From contig CAVRBU010000001.1 of the NCBI GenBank assembly GCA_963719315.1, forward strand, positions 256,001 through 320,000: a DNA stretch of 64,000 nucleotides. Reading direction: 5' to 3'. Positions 21,383 through 29,866 of this stretch are shown here, piece by piece. Position 1 is the first letter of the stretch; each line of letters starts with the position of its first letter. This DNA is from an uncultured Planctomycetota bacterium (lineage in GTDB: Bacteria; Planctomycetota; Planctomycetia; Pirellulales; Lacipirellulaceae). Below the pieces are notes generated by a model. The model saw only the letters and a program-made list of their open reading frames with translations, did not search any database and had not been told where the DNA came from. The translations under genes were made by a program, and so were the position numbers.

Positions 21383-22438
21383 TCACGCTGCGCATCCGCC
21401 CGCGTCATTTTGCAGCGCCTGCTGGACCGCGCCGTGCACGATCTCGACCGTGAGGTCCCGCATGCAGCGGTGATGGCCCAGCGGACACGTGCGCGCCATG
21501 CAGGGTTGACAATCGAGCGACAGCGACAAGCTCGTTTCGCGTTCATACGGTAATTGCGTGCGGAGCGGGTCGGTGGGCCCAAACAGCGTTACCACGGGTC
21601 GCTCGAACGCGACACCGAAGTAACGGGGTCCGCTGTCGGTGGTGACCAACAGCCGCGACCGCCGGATGCAGGCTTTGGTCAGGCCGACGGGGAGGTGCTC
21701 GCAACCTGCGAGCGATACGACGCGCGGCTCATTCGCTCGCCCGACGATCTCGTGCGCGATTTCCCGCTCGGAAGGCCCGCAGTTGACGAGCACGGAATAC
21801 TCATCGCCCCGCACGATCCGCCGCGCAAGTTCCGCAAAATACTCGGCCGGCCATTGCTTGGCCGCGCCGTACGCGCCTCCCGAGTTGAGGACGACCACGC
21901 GTTCGCCCGCCGGCAATTGCAGTTGTTGCCAAACTGCGTCGGCCGCGAGTTCGTCTTCGTCCGTCGAGGCCAGTTCGAGCCGCGGCGGCTCGGCGCCGCA
22001 CCCCGTCGCCTGCACCAGGTGCAAGTAGCCATCCACCGTGGGAAGCGGACCGCCATCCGGCGCCCTCAGCGGACGTACTCTAGTCGTGAGCAGCAAGGAG
22101 CGGGCTTCGTTTCTGAAACCGATCCGCTCGCGCGCGCCGCTTCGCCAGGCCATCCAGGCGGTGCGGACCGAATTCGTGAGCAGCACGATCCGATCGAGTC
22201 GGGCCGCCTGGATTTCGCGGATTGCGGCGCGATTCGTGAGACCGAAGCGGTTGGCCGACTTGTCGTACAGAATCTGCTGGTCGAGCCACGTGCTTCCCGC
22301 GAGGACCTCGGCGACGTACGGCCGCATGATGCCGATCAATTGTCCGTCGGTCCCCACGAACTTTCGGAGCGCGCGGAGCGCCGGCGTGGCCATCACCACG
22401 TCGCCAACCCAGTTCGGAAGAATGACGCCGAGACGCAT
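21383..22438 (-). CDS. waaF: Lipopolysaccharide heptosyltransferase II (GT9)
   Basis: PNWVGDVVMATPA, GGAYGAAKQWP, TTDSGPRY, LFGPTDP, CQPC...CPLGHHRCM. Confidence 0.88.
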   Translation of the reverse strand: MRLGVILPNWVGDVVMATPALRALRKFVGTDGQLIGIMRPYVAEVLAGSTWLDQQILYDKSANRFGLTNRAAIREIQAARLDRIVLLTNSVRTAWMAWRSGARERIGFRNEARSLLLTTRVRPLRAPDGGPLPTVDGYLHLVQATGCGAEPPRLELASTDEDELAADAVWQQLQLPAGERVVVLNSGGAYGAAKQWPAEYFAELARRIVRGDEYSVLVNCGPSEREIAHEIVGRANEPRVVSLAGCEHLPVGLTKACIRRSRLLVTTDSGPRYFGVAFERPVVTLFGPTDPLRTQLPYERETSLSLSLDCQPCMARTCPLGHHRCMRDLTVEIVHGAVQQALQNDAGGCAA

Positions 22439-22534
22439 GGGGCAGCGGGGAGAGATGGGCACAGAGGGAGGAATCGGCCGATGCTAACACGTCCGGAAGC
22501 AGCTAGCCTAGTTCAAACCGATCGCCGCGGCCTG

Positions 22535-22668
22535 CTAGCGCTTTGTCACAGCTTGATTTTGGGATTAGCCGCGGGGCGCTAGCCCCCGGTTGGAGCGGCA
22601 CAAACCGGGGGCTAGCGCCCTGCGGCTGATGCGCCCAACCCCAATTTTTAGCTGTGACAAAGCACTAG
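22535..22668 (+). mobile_element. 134-bp MITE/REPIN-like element (type B), copy 1
   Basis: Ends CTAG-CGCTTTGTCACAGCT and AGCTGTGACAAAGCA-CTAG; internal palindrome GGGCGCTAGCCCCCGGTT...AACCGGGGGCTAGCGCCC. Confidence 0.85.
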
Positions 22669-23055
22669 CGACATAGGAGGTGGACAGGGCAAGGAGGTTT
22701 GTACGCCCGAAAACCAACCACTTGTACAAAACCGCGCCAATCTCGTGGCTTTCTGAGTTTTGTAAATCGGTTTCTGTTGCCGTTCGTCGCAACTCCTTAG
22801 CGTGCCGTAAGTTCAGTTTTGTACGTACCTCGTGGGTCCCACATTTTGCGTACAAAACCAGCGAATAGTGCGCGTCGATTGATTTGAAAGTGCCGGGATT
22901 TCGAGCGTCGCGTCAGCGCGGACCGGTGCGAAACTCGAAGAGTTTACGTGCGTTTCCGTCACGTTTCCCGCGCACGTCAACCACTTCGGCCAGCGCAGTG
23001 CGAACTGACTGGCAAGCAGTTGTTGGCTGATGGCTTCTACCAAGATGTCAAAGAG

Positions 23056-23189
23056 CGAGTGCTTTGTCACAGCTAAAAATTGGGGTTAGGCGCATCAGCC
23101 GCAGGGCGCTAGCCCCCGGTTTGTGCCGCTCCAACCGGGGGCTAGCGCCCCGCGGCTAATCCCAAAATCAAGCTGTGACAAAGCACTAG
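23056..23189 (-). mobile_element. 134-bp MITE/REPIN-like element (type B), copy 2, inverted relative to copy 1
   Basis: Near-exact reverse complement of 22535-22668 with a few substitutions. Confidence 0.85.
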
Positions 23190-23292
23190 TGCGATGATGC
23201 AGGATCGACCGTATCACATCGCGCGGCCAAATCCAACAATTATTTTTGGCCGGTTGGACCGCGATTGCTGGCGAAACTCCGGCACTCACGGG

Positions 23293-23661
23293 TTATAATT
23301 CCCCCGTGGATGGCGCGTTCGGGGTCTGCGTCAATAAAGTTGTGACGGTTTGATGCAATTGCGGGAAGCTATTCTGGACAGCGTCCCAGACGCGGCGGTG
23401 ATCGATGGCATCGTAACCGTGAATCAGGATGTTTCGGAAAGCAATGATTTAAGCGTGATCGTGAATGAGCGCAAGCGTGTCCGGATCGCTATGACGCAGT
23501 CGTACCAACGCTTCGCCGCTGATTTCAAAATTGCGTTCAACGGCGGGACGGAGCAGATCGTCCGCCAGATAGTCGTTCAGCGACTTGCCGCGCGTCTTGT
23601 CGAGGACAAACGCCACAGCGGCGCGAACGTCTTCGAGTAACTTGGTCGATTCAGGCCGCAT
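23293..23661 (-). pseudogene. hepT: HepT-like HEPN RNase toxin (DUF86) with an internal TAA at 23449-23451
   Basis: MRPESTKLLEDV...AVERNFEISGEAL...HDHA*IIAFRNILIHGYDAIDHRRVW...; the RX4H motif lies after the stop. Confidence 0.85.
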
Positions 23662-23962
23662 AAAGCAAAGTCCGTCGGCCGCGGTCGAGAGCTTGGCGAA
23701 AGTAGGGGTTGCGAACGGCCGAATCTTCCACCAGGTCGACCGATCTGCCAAACAACTCCTCCAGTGCGATCTGGAAATCGATGAACTGGTGAAAAGGCCC
23801 CATCGAGCTTTCCGGCTCGAACTCCACGAGGAAGTCGAGATCACTGGCATTTGGGTCAAAGCGGTTTGTTGTCGCCGAGCCAAACAACTCCAACCGGCGT
23901 ACAGAGAACGTCCGACAGAGATTTTCCAAGGCGCCTTGATGATGGCGCAATTGTTCGATCAT
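23651..23962 (-). CDS. mntA: Minimal nucleotidyltransferase antitoxin (type VII TA)
   Basis: LFGSATTNRFDPNASDLDFLVEF (GS..DxD), LEELFGRSVDLV, RNPYFR; overlaps the hepT start. Confidence 0.88.
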   Translation of the reverse strand: MIEQLRHHQGALENLCRTFSVRRLELFGSATTNRFDPNASDLDFLVEFEPESSMGPFHQFIDFQIALEELFGRSVDLVEDSAVRNPYFRQALDRGRRTLLYAA

Positions 23963-23982
23963 GGCATACATCCCCGGGGGAC

Positions 23983-24228
23983 TCATCGTACCTGTGAGCT
24001 ACTACCCTCACAGCCCAATTTGGTTTCGCGCGTTTCGTGCCAAGCGTCGAATTCGTTCAGTTCGCGAACCGCGGTTTCGACCGCCGCCCATTTGCTTGTT
24101 GTTGGCAGATAACCGGGCGCGGCCTTTTCCAGCACGAAGATTTCCACACCCTTGCACACCTGTGGCTTAAGCCGCGGCAGGTGGAGCGTTTCAGGATCGA
24201 TCGTGGTTTCGATGCAAATAGCGGCCAT
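23983..24228 (-). CDS. Small hypothetical protein, antitoxin-like N-terminus, possibly decayed
   Basis: MAAICIETTIDPETLHLPRLKPQVCKGVEIFVLE; co-oriented immediately upstream of mntA. Confidence 0.45.
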   Translation of the reverse strand: MAAICIETTIDPETLHLPRLKPQVCKGVEIFVLEKAAPGYLPTTSKWAAVETAVRELNEFDAWHETRETKLGCEGSSSQVR

Positions 24229-24537
24229 GGAACGACCTAAGGGCCGTTGGACAGACAACATTTATTCTACATCTCCGCCAAGTTCCTTCCTAGGACGAGA
24301 ACCCGCCAACGGCACGGCACCAAACGCCGTCGCAATGCAGCGTGCTCGGACTGTAGCATTTTCACGCCGGCGATTCCACAAGTATTATTGGCCGGTAAGC
24401 GAGAAGGGATGACGCATGGCATCATTGGATTCGGTTCCCGACACCTCTGCCCCCACTTGCCACGAGAACAAGTCGTGCGTACTGCCGCCAAATTAATACC
24501 GCAGTCTCCAGAAACAGTAGCCCGGCGTAAATGCAGC

Positions 24538-24573
24538 GGGCCAGCCAGTTTACGAGCTAGCTGGCCCTTTTTT
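24538..24573 (+). terminator. Rho-independent terminator
   Basis: GGGCCAGC...GCTGGCCC stem with TACG loop followed by TTTTTT. Confidence 0.75.
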
Positions 24574-24575
24574 AT

Positions 24576-24605
24576 TTGGACCGTGGTTTGGGGACCGGCT
24601 AAAAT
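24576..24605 (+). promoter_or_regulatory. Candidate sigma70 promoter for the two orphan genes
   Basis: TTGGAC-18 nt-TAAAAT; AGGAG RBS before ATG 24631. Confidence 0.4.
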
Positions 24606-24630
24606 GTTATATCCCAAATAGGAGCCAACA

Positions 24631-24987
24631 ATGCTGCCCAATAATGAAGACAAAGACAAACTTCTGAAGGCAATGCGTAAGCCCGATTCGCAGATTAAGG
24701 CCCGCATTGATTCTGAATTACTCGAATTCCGCCCGATGTATTCCGGGCTGCCCGCCGATGAAAAAGCAGCACTTAAAGAATGGATTCGGGAAGTATTAGC
24801 CGTTCAGGAAAAGCAGCCGCGAATTAGCATGGACTTATCTCTAAAGGTTCGGCTTTACGAACGAATCGGCGAGGATGAACACCGGGCAGTGAAGTTGCCG
24901 CTCAAGGTGATTTTGAATGCTATGGAAACGTGGGACCGTGGCGAGCTTTACGCCCCCACTAATCTAGGCGAACTATGGGGCCAATAG
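24631..24987 (+). CDS. Hypothetical protein (118 aa)
   Basis: AGGAG RBS, AT-richer codon usage, charged helical-looking sequence; no recognised motif. Confidence 0.7.
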   Translation: MLPNNEDKDKLLKAMRKPDSQIKARIDSELLEFRPMYSGLPADEKAALKEWIREVLAVQEKQPRISMDLSLKVRLYERIGEDEHRAVKLPLKVILNAMETWDRGELYAPTNLGELWGQ

Positions 24988-25241
24988 GCTATGTCGCAAC
25001 CCTTCATTCTGTACGGGTCACTTTCACGGTGCTGCAATGCCAACAGCATTGGAGATCGGCATTGAAATGGGACCCACCTGGGCGTTGAATCTGGGCCCAC
25101 CTGGTTAGTTGGGGAGCGGCCCGCGAGACCCTTCGAAGGTCTCGCGCGGCCGCCTCCGTTAGTTCACTTAATGGGTTAGAGTAAACTCTCCATTTTGTTG
25201 TGCGCGATTTGCGAACGTTTTGCCGACGGGTCGCCCGAAAG

Positions 25242-26012
25242 CTACTTGCCCTTGGTGGTTCGCTTTTGTTTCATCGACTCCCGGAAGCGGTAGCTTTCAC
25301 CGTTCATCTCAAAGATTTCGCAGTGGTGCGTCAGCCGGTCCAAGAGAGCAGCTGTCATCCGTTCTCCCTGAAACACCTGCTGCCATTCGCTGAACGGCAA
25401 GTTGCTGGTGATCAACAGGCTGGATCGCTCGTAGCGATCGGCGAATACCTGGAACAGCAGTTCCGCTCCGCTGCGATTGAACGAGAGATAACCGAGCTCG
25501 TCGCAGACAAGCAGATCGAGCTTGTCGAGCTGCTTCAACAATCGCTCGAGCTGGTACTGCTTCTGCGTCTCTTCCAAGCGATTGACCAGTGTGGCAGCGG
25601 TAAAGAAGCGGACTCGCTTGCCCAGTCGGCAGGCGGCCAGGCCCAAGGCGATGGCCAGATGCGTTTTTCCAGTTCCCGAACTACCCAACAGGCAGCAGTT
25701 CTGACGCTGATCAATCCAGCCGCAGCGGGCCAGTTCCAGGATCTTGGGCTTCGAGAGGCCGGGCGCCGCGCTAAAGTCGAATGCATCGAGGTCCTTCTGC
25801 ACCGGGAAGCCAGCCTGTTTAATGTGCGCCTGCAGAGCATTGGCACTGCGTGTGGCTAACTCCAACTCCGTCAGGCGCAACAGATAGTCGAGGTAGTCCT
25901 GGTTGCTGTTGGTCGCTTCCCCGGCGAGCTTGCCATACTCGGCCAGCATCGTCGGCAGGCGTAGCGCCTTGAGGTTCGAACGCAGTAACAGGGGCGTTTC
26001 TTTCTGGGCCAT
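25242..26012 (-). CDS. istB: IS21 helper AAA+ ATPase
   Basis: GSSGTGKTHLA Walker A, LLVCDELGY Walker B, ITSNLPFSEW, LLDRLTHH, GESYR. Confidence 0.95.
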   Translation of the reverse strand: MAQKETPLLLRSNLKALRLPTMLAEYGKLAGEATNSNQDYLDYLLRLTELELATRSANALQAHIKQAGFPVQKDLDAFDFSAAPGLSKPKILELARCGWIDQRQNCCLLGSSGTGKTHLAIALGLAACRLGKRVRFFTAATLVNRLEETQKQYQLERLLKQLDKLDLLVCDELGYLSFNRSGAELLFQVFADRYERSSLLITSNLPFSEWQQVFQGERMTAALLDRLTHHCEIFEMNGESYRFRESMKQKRTTKGK

Positions 26013-26041
26013 GATCTTCTCCTCCGTGAGAGAGTAACGAG

Positions 26042-27526
26042 TCAAAGCGGCGCAAGTCCGGCAGCGGGACTTGCACCGCAGGAATCGATCGCAGCTGCCC
26101 GATTAGGTTCGCTTCGCCGCGGGTGGAGCGCACGCGCCAGTCGCTCGCAGAGCCCAGCAATCCGCTCGGCCGTGACGACGCCGTCGCCGCGGCAGGCCTG
26201 GATGGCCTGCTCAACCCGAGTCAGCGGGTGCTCTGCCAACAGCTGCAGCACGCGGATGAATTGCCGAGCGCCCGGCAACGATCCGTGGCGTGTTTCAAAA
26301 TGTTCGCGCAACTGGGTAAACGCCGCCGGCAGACGCCAATTGCGGTAGACGTTAGTGTGATCCAAATAGGCTGGCTTCACTCCCAGAGTGGACAGGTAGT
26401 GCAGCGGATCGAGCACTTGCTCGCCCTGTCCGTAGGAGCGCTCGTGCCGGGCAATCCGCTGGCCGTCGCGGATGACTTCGATGCGATCGATAGTGGCTTT
26501 TACCGTGACCGTGGCGAACGCATGCCGCCGCGGCACGCTGTAGCGATTCTTCTCCCAGGCGACCGTCTGGTACTTGTCGACTTGACGGACCTCGCTCACG
26601 GCGGCTTCAAACGGTGCTCGGGCAGCGGCAAGGCGCGTAATCTGCTCTGTCGCGAAGCGTGCGCCGATCGTTTCGCTGTGGCCCGCAATCGTCCGCCGAG
26701 CATCCCGCTCGCAGCATTGAAGCAGGTAGGCATTTAGCTCTGTCAGATCCTTCACTTGAGGGACCGGCGTCGCCCACTGGCGCTCGAACAGCTTCACCCG
26801 GTTCTCGACGTGCGGCTTTTCGTTACCGCGAGCCGGCAGGCAGAACAACGGCTCGAAGTTGTAGTGACTGGCCAGCGCCTGCCAGCGCTGGTTCAACTCC
26901 CGTTGGCGGCCACGCAGAATCGTGGTCGCAACGGTTCTTGGATTATCCCACCACAGTTCTTTGGGCACGCAACGAAAAAACGCAAACGCCGCCACCGTGC
27001 CATGCAGGATCGCCTCGGTCTTTTCGCTCGGCAGCGCAATCATAAAGGTGGCGTTTGAGTAGGCCCACGTCACCAGCAGGATCGGAACCTGGCGCCTGCC
27101 TTCCGGGAAGTCGACCCAGATCTGACCGAAGTCGCTCTCGGCCCGTTGGCCTGGCTCGTACGACAAAGGGAGAAACGTTTCGCGCTGCCGCCCCCGCGTC
27201 GCGGCCACGTACCTTCGCACCTGGTCGTAGCTGCCGACGTACTGCTCTTCGTCCCGCAGCCGCCGAAAGAGTTGCGCTCCTGTGTGACGTTGCTTGCGAG
27301 GTGCCTGCTCATCTTCGACGAGAATCGCGCCGATCCATTGCTGGTGCACATCGGTCAGCACCCGCCGCGGTCGCGGTAGCGACAGCGTGTAAGGCCGCGG
27401 CTCTGCCTGCGCCAGTGCCTCGCGGATCTTTCGTCGCGAATGCCCAAACGTCCGGGCGATCTCCCGAATGCTCATGCCATCGCGATGAGCACGACGTATC
27501 CTGCCGTAATCCTCCACCTTCAGCAT
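26042..27526 (-). CDS. istA: IS21 transposase; apparent frameshift near the C-terminus (about 26130) and perhaps compensating indels near 26620
   Basis: N-terminal HTH, PGQRAESDFG, WDN, KPHVENRV, NRYSVP. The typical tail VQVPLPDLRRFDSLL is in another frame. Confidence 0.92.
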   Translation of the reverse strand: MLKVEDYGRIRRAHRDGMSIREIARTFGHSRRKIREALAQAEPRPYTLSLPRPRRVLTDVHQQWIGAILVEDEQAPRKQRHTGAQLFRRLRDEEQYVGSYDQVRRYVAATRGRQRETFLPLSYEPGQRAESDFGQIWVDFPEGRRQVPILLVTWAYSNATFMIALPSEKTEAILHGTVAAFAFFRCVPKELWWDNPRTVATTILRGRQRELNQRWQALASHYNFEPLFCLPARGNEKPHVENRVKLFERQWATPVPQVKDLTELNAYLLQCCERDARRTIAGHSETIGARFATEQITRLAAARAPFEAAVSEVRQVDKYQTVAWEKNRYSVPRRHAFATVTVKATIDRIEVIRDGQRIARHERSYGQGEQVLDPLHYLSTLGVKPAYLDHTNVYRNWRLPAAFTQLREHFETRHGSLPGARQFIRVLQLLAEHPLTRVEQAIQACRGDGVVTAERIAGLCERLARALHPRRSEPNRAAAIDSCGASPAAGLAPL

Positions 27527-27945
27527 CCTTGACTCCGCTTCGCTGAATTCCCCAGTTTAAAAACCGGGAATCCAGCTTACGAAGTCCGCTGCGGTGGGTC
27601 CCTTTTCAATGCCGATTCCGCACCCCAGGTGGGTCCCGTTTCAATGCCGATCTCCACAGCATCATCGTCCGCAGTCGGGATAACGGGTTTGTAACTCAGA
27701 ATTGCCAATCTTGCGGCAAGCCACGGGCATTATCGGCAAGCGAAGTGCCCGATTTGTACTGCGGCCGCTGCCCCATCAAATTCACAAAGGGGAGGGACCA
27801 ATACAACAGCTACTTGTATTGGTGTGATAATTGCGGCGTAGAGCATTTGCTTGCCGATCTTGTGCCTAGCTGGGCCGAATTATTTGAGTATCACGGTTTC
27901 GAGATTGAACAGCAACGACACCAACGCTCATAAGCCGTGGCATTT

Positions 27946-28302
27946 CTACTGCTTGAATCCAAGTCGCCACACTAGGTACGCACTGAGTACGGCTATCCCG
28001 ACGGCTACGACAGTTTCCACTACATGGCCGACGAACCAAGTAACGATTCTTTTGCAAAGCGTGTTACTTCTCACGTCCTCTAAATACTTATGCCCCTCTG
28101 GCGTGAGTTGCGGCCTTCTAATTTGGTGGATTATGTCCGGGTAATCGCCAAGTGGCTTACTCACGGTAACGCCGTCGATGTACCGCTCTCGAATTACCAG
28201 CGTCAAATGGTATTTGGTAGCCGCGTCATCCAAATCCGGTAGGGACTCGTTTTGCTCGATATGTTCCAAGATTCTGTGTATCAGTTTCGCATCCCGTCGC
28301 AT
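27946..28302 (-). CDS. DUF2513-like winged-helix protein with C-terminal hydrophobic helix
   Basis: MRRDAKLIHRILEHIE, YHLTLV, LTPEGHKYLEDVRS pattern; TM-like VVAVGIAVLSAYLVW. Confidence 0.7.
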   Translation of the reverse strand: MRRDAKLIHRILEHIEQNESLPDLDDAATKYHLTLVIRERYIDGVTVSKPLGDYPDIIHQIRRPQLTPEGHKYLEDVRSNTLCKRIVTWFVGHVVETVVAVGIAVLSAYLVWRLGFKQ

Positions 28303-28330
28303 GGAATAGCCCCTTACGGCTAAACGGGCA

Positions 28331-28834
28331 TCACGATCCAAGAATCTGTCTTTTCTTGGCTTGAAATTCCGCTTCCGTCACAATGCCCTTGTCTCTTAGG
28401 TTAGCCAACTTTTCAAGTGCGTCGATTGAAGATGCGTCACTATATGTCGGCTGGTCAAATTCGTTTCTGACCCGCAGAAAGCAATCTTCAATCGCGGACC
28501 GGACATTCTTTTTGTGCATGAGATAAAAGGCTATCGGGAACACCCATCCGATGTACGTGAATAACAACAGCACAAGCAGAACCCAGAACCACACAGACGG
28601 TTGATAGTTGACATTGGCGACCATAACCCAGCCATCGGCCAATTGCTTCAAGTACACTACGGTATGATCAGTGCGATTGATTGAACCAAAAGTTGCTTCA
28701 ATTGAGTCGGCTTCAATTCGTTGGTCGGAACGTCGCAGTTTGAGCGACACTTTTCGGAATTGCTGTTCCAAGGCGTCAAGAATCTCGGCCTTTGGCCTAT
28801 TGGTTTTCAGCCGGTCACTTACTTCAAACTTCAT
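28331..28834 (-). CDS. Membrane protein with C-terminal SHOCT domain
   Basis: Hydrophobic hairpin VWFWVLLVLLLFTYIGWVFPIAFY; LEKLANLRDKGIVTEAEFQAKKRQIL. Confidence 0.85.
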   Translation of the reverse strand: MKFEVSDRLKTNRPKAEILDALEQQFRKVSLKLRRSDQRIEADSIEATFGSINRTDHTVVYLKQLADGWVMVANVNYQPSVWFWVLLVLLLFTYIGWVFPIAFYLMHKKNVRSAIEDCFLRVRNEFDQPTYSDASSIDALEKLANLRDKGIVTEAEFQAKKRQILGS

Positions 28835-28899
28835 GGGCCGCGTCCCCCGCCAACAAATCGGATTACCAAAGCTGCCTCAAGGTTTCGCTTGCAACTTTA

Positions 28900-29866
28900 G
28901 AACCCCTAACAATACTGTCTACTAGCAGTGCTAGTAATTGATTCGAGTCGTTGTGGAAGATGTAAAACTTGTTTTTGAAATTGCAGTCGTGACACGGCGT
29001 TGATTGTCCCCAGAATTCCTTTGGAGTGAAACCAACTATCTGGAGGACCAACGATGGCTAAAGAATTAGTTCCTGACGAATTGTGGGAGATGTTGTCTCC
29101 TTTACTCCCTGAACACGAACCGAGCCCCAAAGGAGGCCGACCGCGGATCGATGATCGCAAAGTCTTGACCGGAATCATTTTTGTTTTACGAACGGGTATT
29201 CCTTGGGAATATCTTCCCCTGGAAATGGGATGTGGATCTGGAATGACCTGCTGGCGACGGTTACAGGAGTGGCACGAAGCAGGCGTCTGGGAGGCGTTGA
29301 AACAAACATTGTTGGAGAATCTGCACAGCGCCGATCAACTCGATTGGTCGCGAGCGGCAGTCGATAGTGCGACGGTTCGTGCTGTAGGGGGCGGCGAAAA
29401 AACGGGACCGAACCCAACGGATCGGCGAAAACCCGGCAGTAAACATCATGTGGTCACCGATGCGAACGGCGTCCCGCTCAAATTCATTCTCACCGCCGCC
29501 AATCGACACGACGTGACCCAACTGATCCCGTTGATTGACGGAATCGAGCCGGTGGCGGGCAAACCGGGCCGGCCGAAACAGCGTCCGGAAGAGGTGTATG
29601 CGGATCGGGTGTACGACTCCGAAAAGCACCGACAAGCACTCCGCGATCGCGGCATCAAACCCCACTTGGCTAAACGCAATACGGAACATGGCAGCGGCCT
29701 AGGAATTTATCGTTGGGTTTCCGAACGTACGCTCAGTTGGATGAATAATTTCCGGCGGCTGCGAACGCGATTTGATCGGAGGGCCGATATCCATAAAGCC
29801 TTTGTGACTCTGGCTCAATCTCTCATCTGCTTCAACATACTCACCGAAGGGTTTTGTTAGGGGTTC
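28900..29866 (+). mobile_element. IS5-family insertion sequence, copy 1, 967 bp
   Basis: IRs GAACCCCTAACAA / TTGTTAGGGGTTC; TTA on both flanks (28897-28899 and 29867-29869). Confidence 0.93.
29054..29860 (+). CDS. IS5-family transposase (IS427-like, single frame)
   Basis: GGRPRIDDR, LRTGIPW, GSGMTCWRRL, VDS, ADRVYD, RWVSERTLSW. Confidence 0.93.
   Translation: MAKELVPDELWEMLSPLLPEHEPSPKGGRPRIDDRKVLTGIIFVLRTGIPWEYLPLEMGCGSGMTCWRRLQEWHEAGVWEALKQTLLENLHSADQLDWSRAAVDSATVRAVGGGEKTGPNPTDRRKPGSKHHVVTDANGVPLKFILTAANRHDVTQLIPLIDGIEPVAGKPGRPKQRPEEVYADRVYDSEKHRQALRDRGIKPHLAKRNTEHGSGLGIYRWVSERTLSWMNNFRRLRTRFDRRADIHKAFVTLAQSLICFNILTEGFC

Larger units (their letters stand above)
25050..27656 (-). mobile_element. 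IS21-family insertion sequence, 2607 bp
   Basis: TG...CA ends with IR TGGAGATCGGCATTGAAA(T/C)GGGACCCACCTGGG; repeated subterminal copies; 6-bp target duplication CAGCAT (25044-25049 and 27657-27662). Confidence 0.95.
24991..27933 (+). pseudogene. Cys-rich zinc-ribbon protein (109 aa when restored), split by IS21
   Basis: Joining 24991-25049 to 27663-27933 gives MSQPFILYGSLSRCCNANSIIVRSRDNGFVTQNCQSCGKPRALSASEVPDLYCGRCPIKFTKGRDQYNSYLYWCDNCGVEHLLADLVPSWAELFEYHGFEIEQQRHQRS. Confidence 0.85.

Noticed and set aside
22535..23189. Possible CRISPR array
   Set aside because: Only two long inverted units, no regular repeat-spacer period and no cas genes.
24425..24458. GGATTCGGTTCCCGACACCTCTGCC resembling a tRNA or tmRNA 3' end (att site)
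   Set aside because: Poor match to the T-arm consensus, no acceptor stem partner, and no second copy or integrase in the window.
25113..25157. Strong hairpin GGAGCGGCCCGCGAGACC...GGTCTCGCGCGGCCGCCTCC as a separate ncRNA
   Set aside because: It lies inside IS21 downstream of istB and is best explained as part of the element.
29385..29405. Programmed frameshift in the IS5 transposase at GGGGGCGGCGAAAAAAC
   Set aside because: The ORF is already continuous in both copies.
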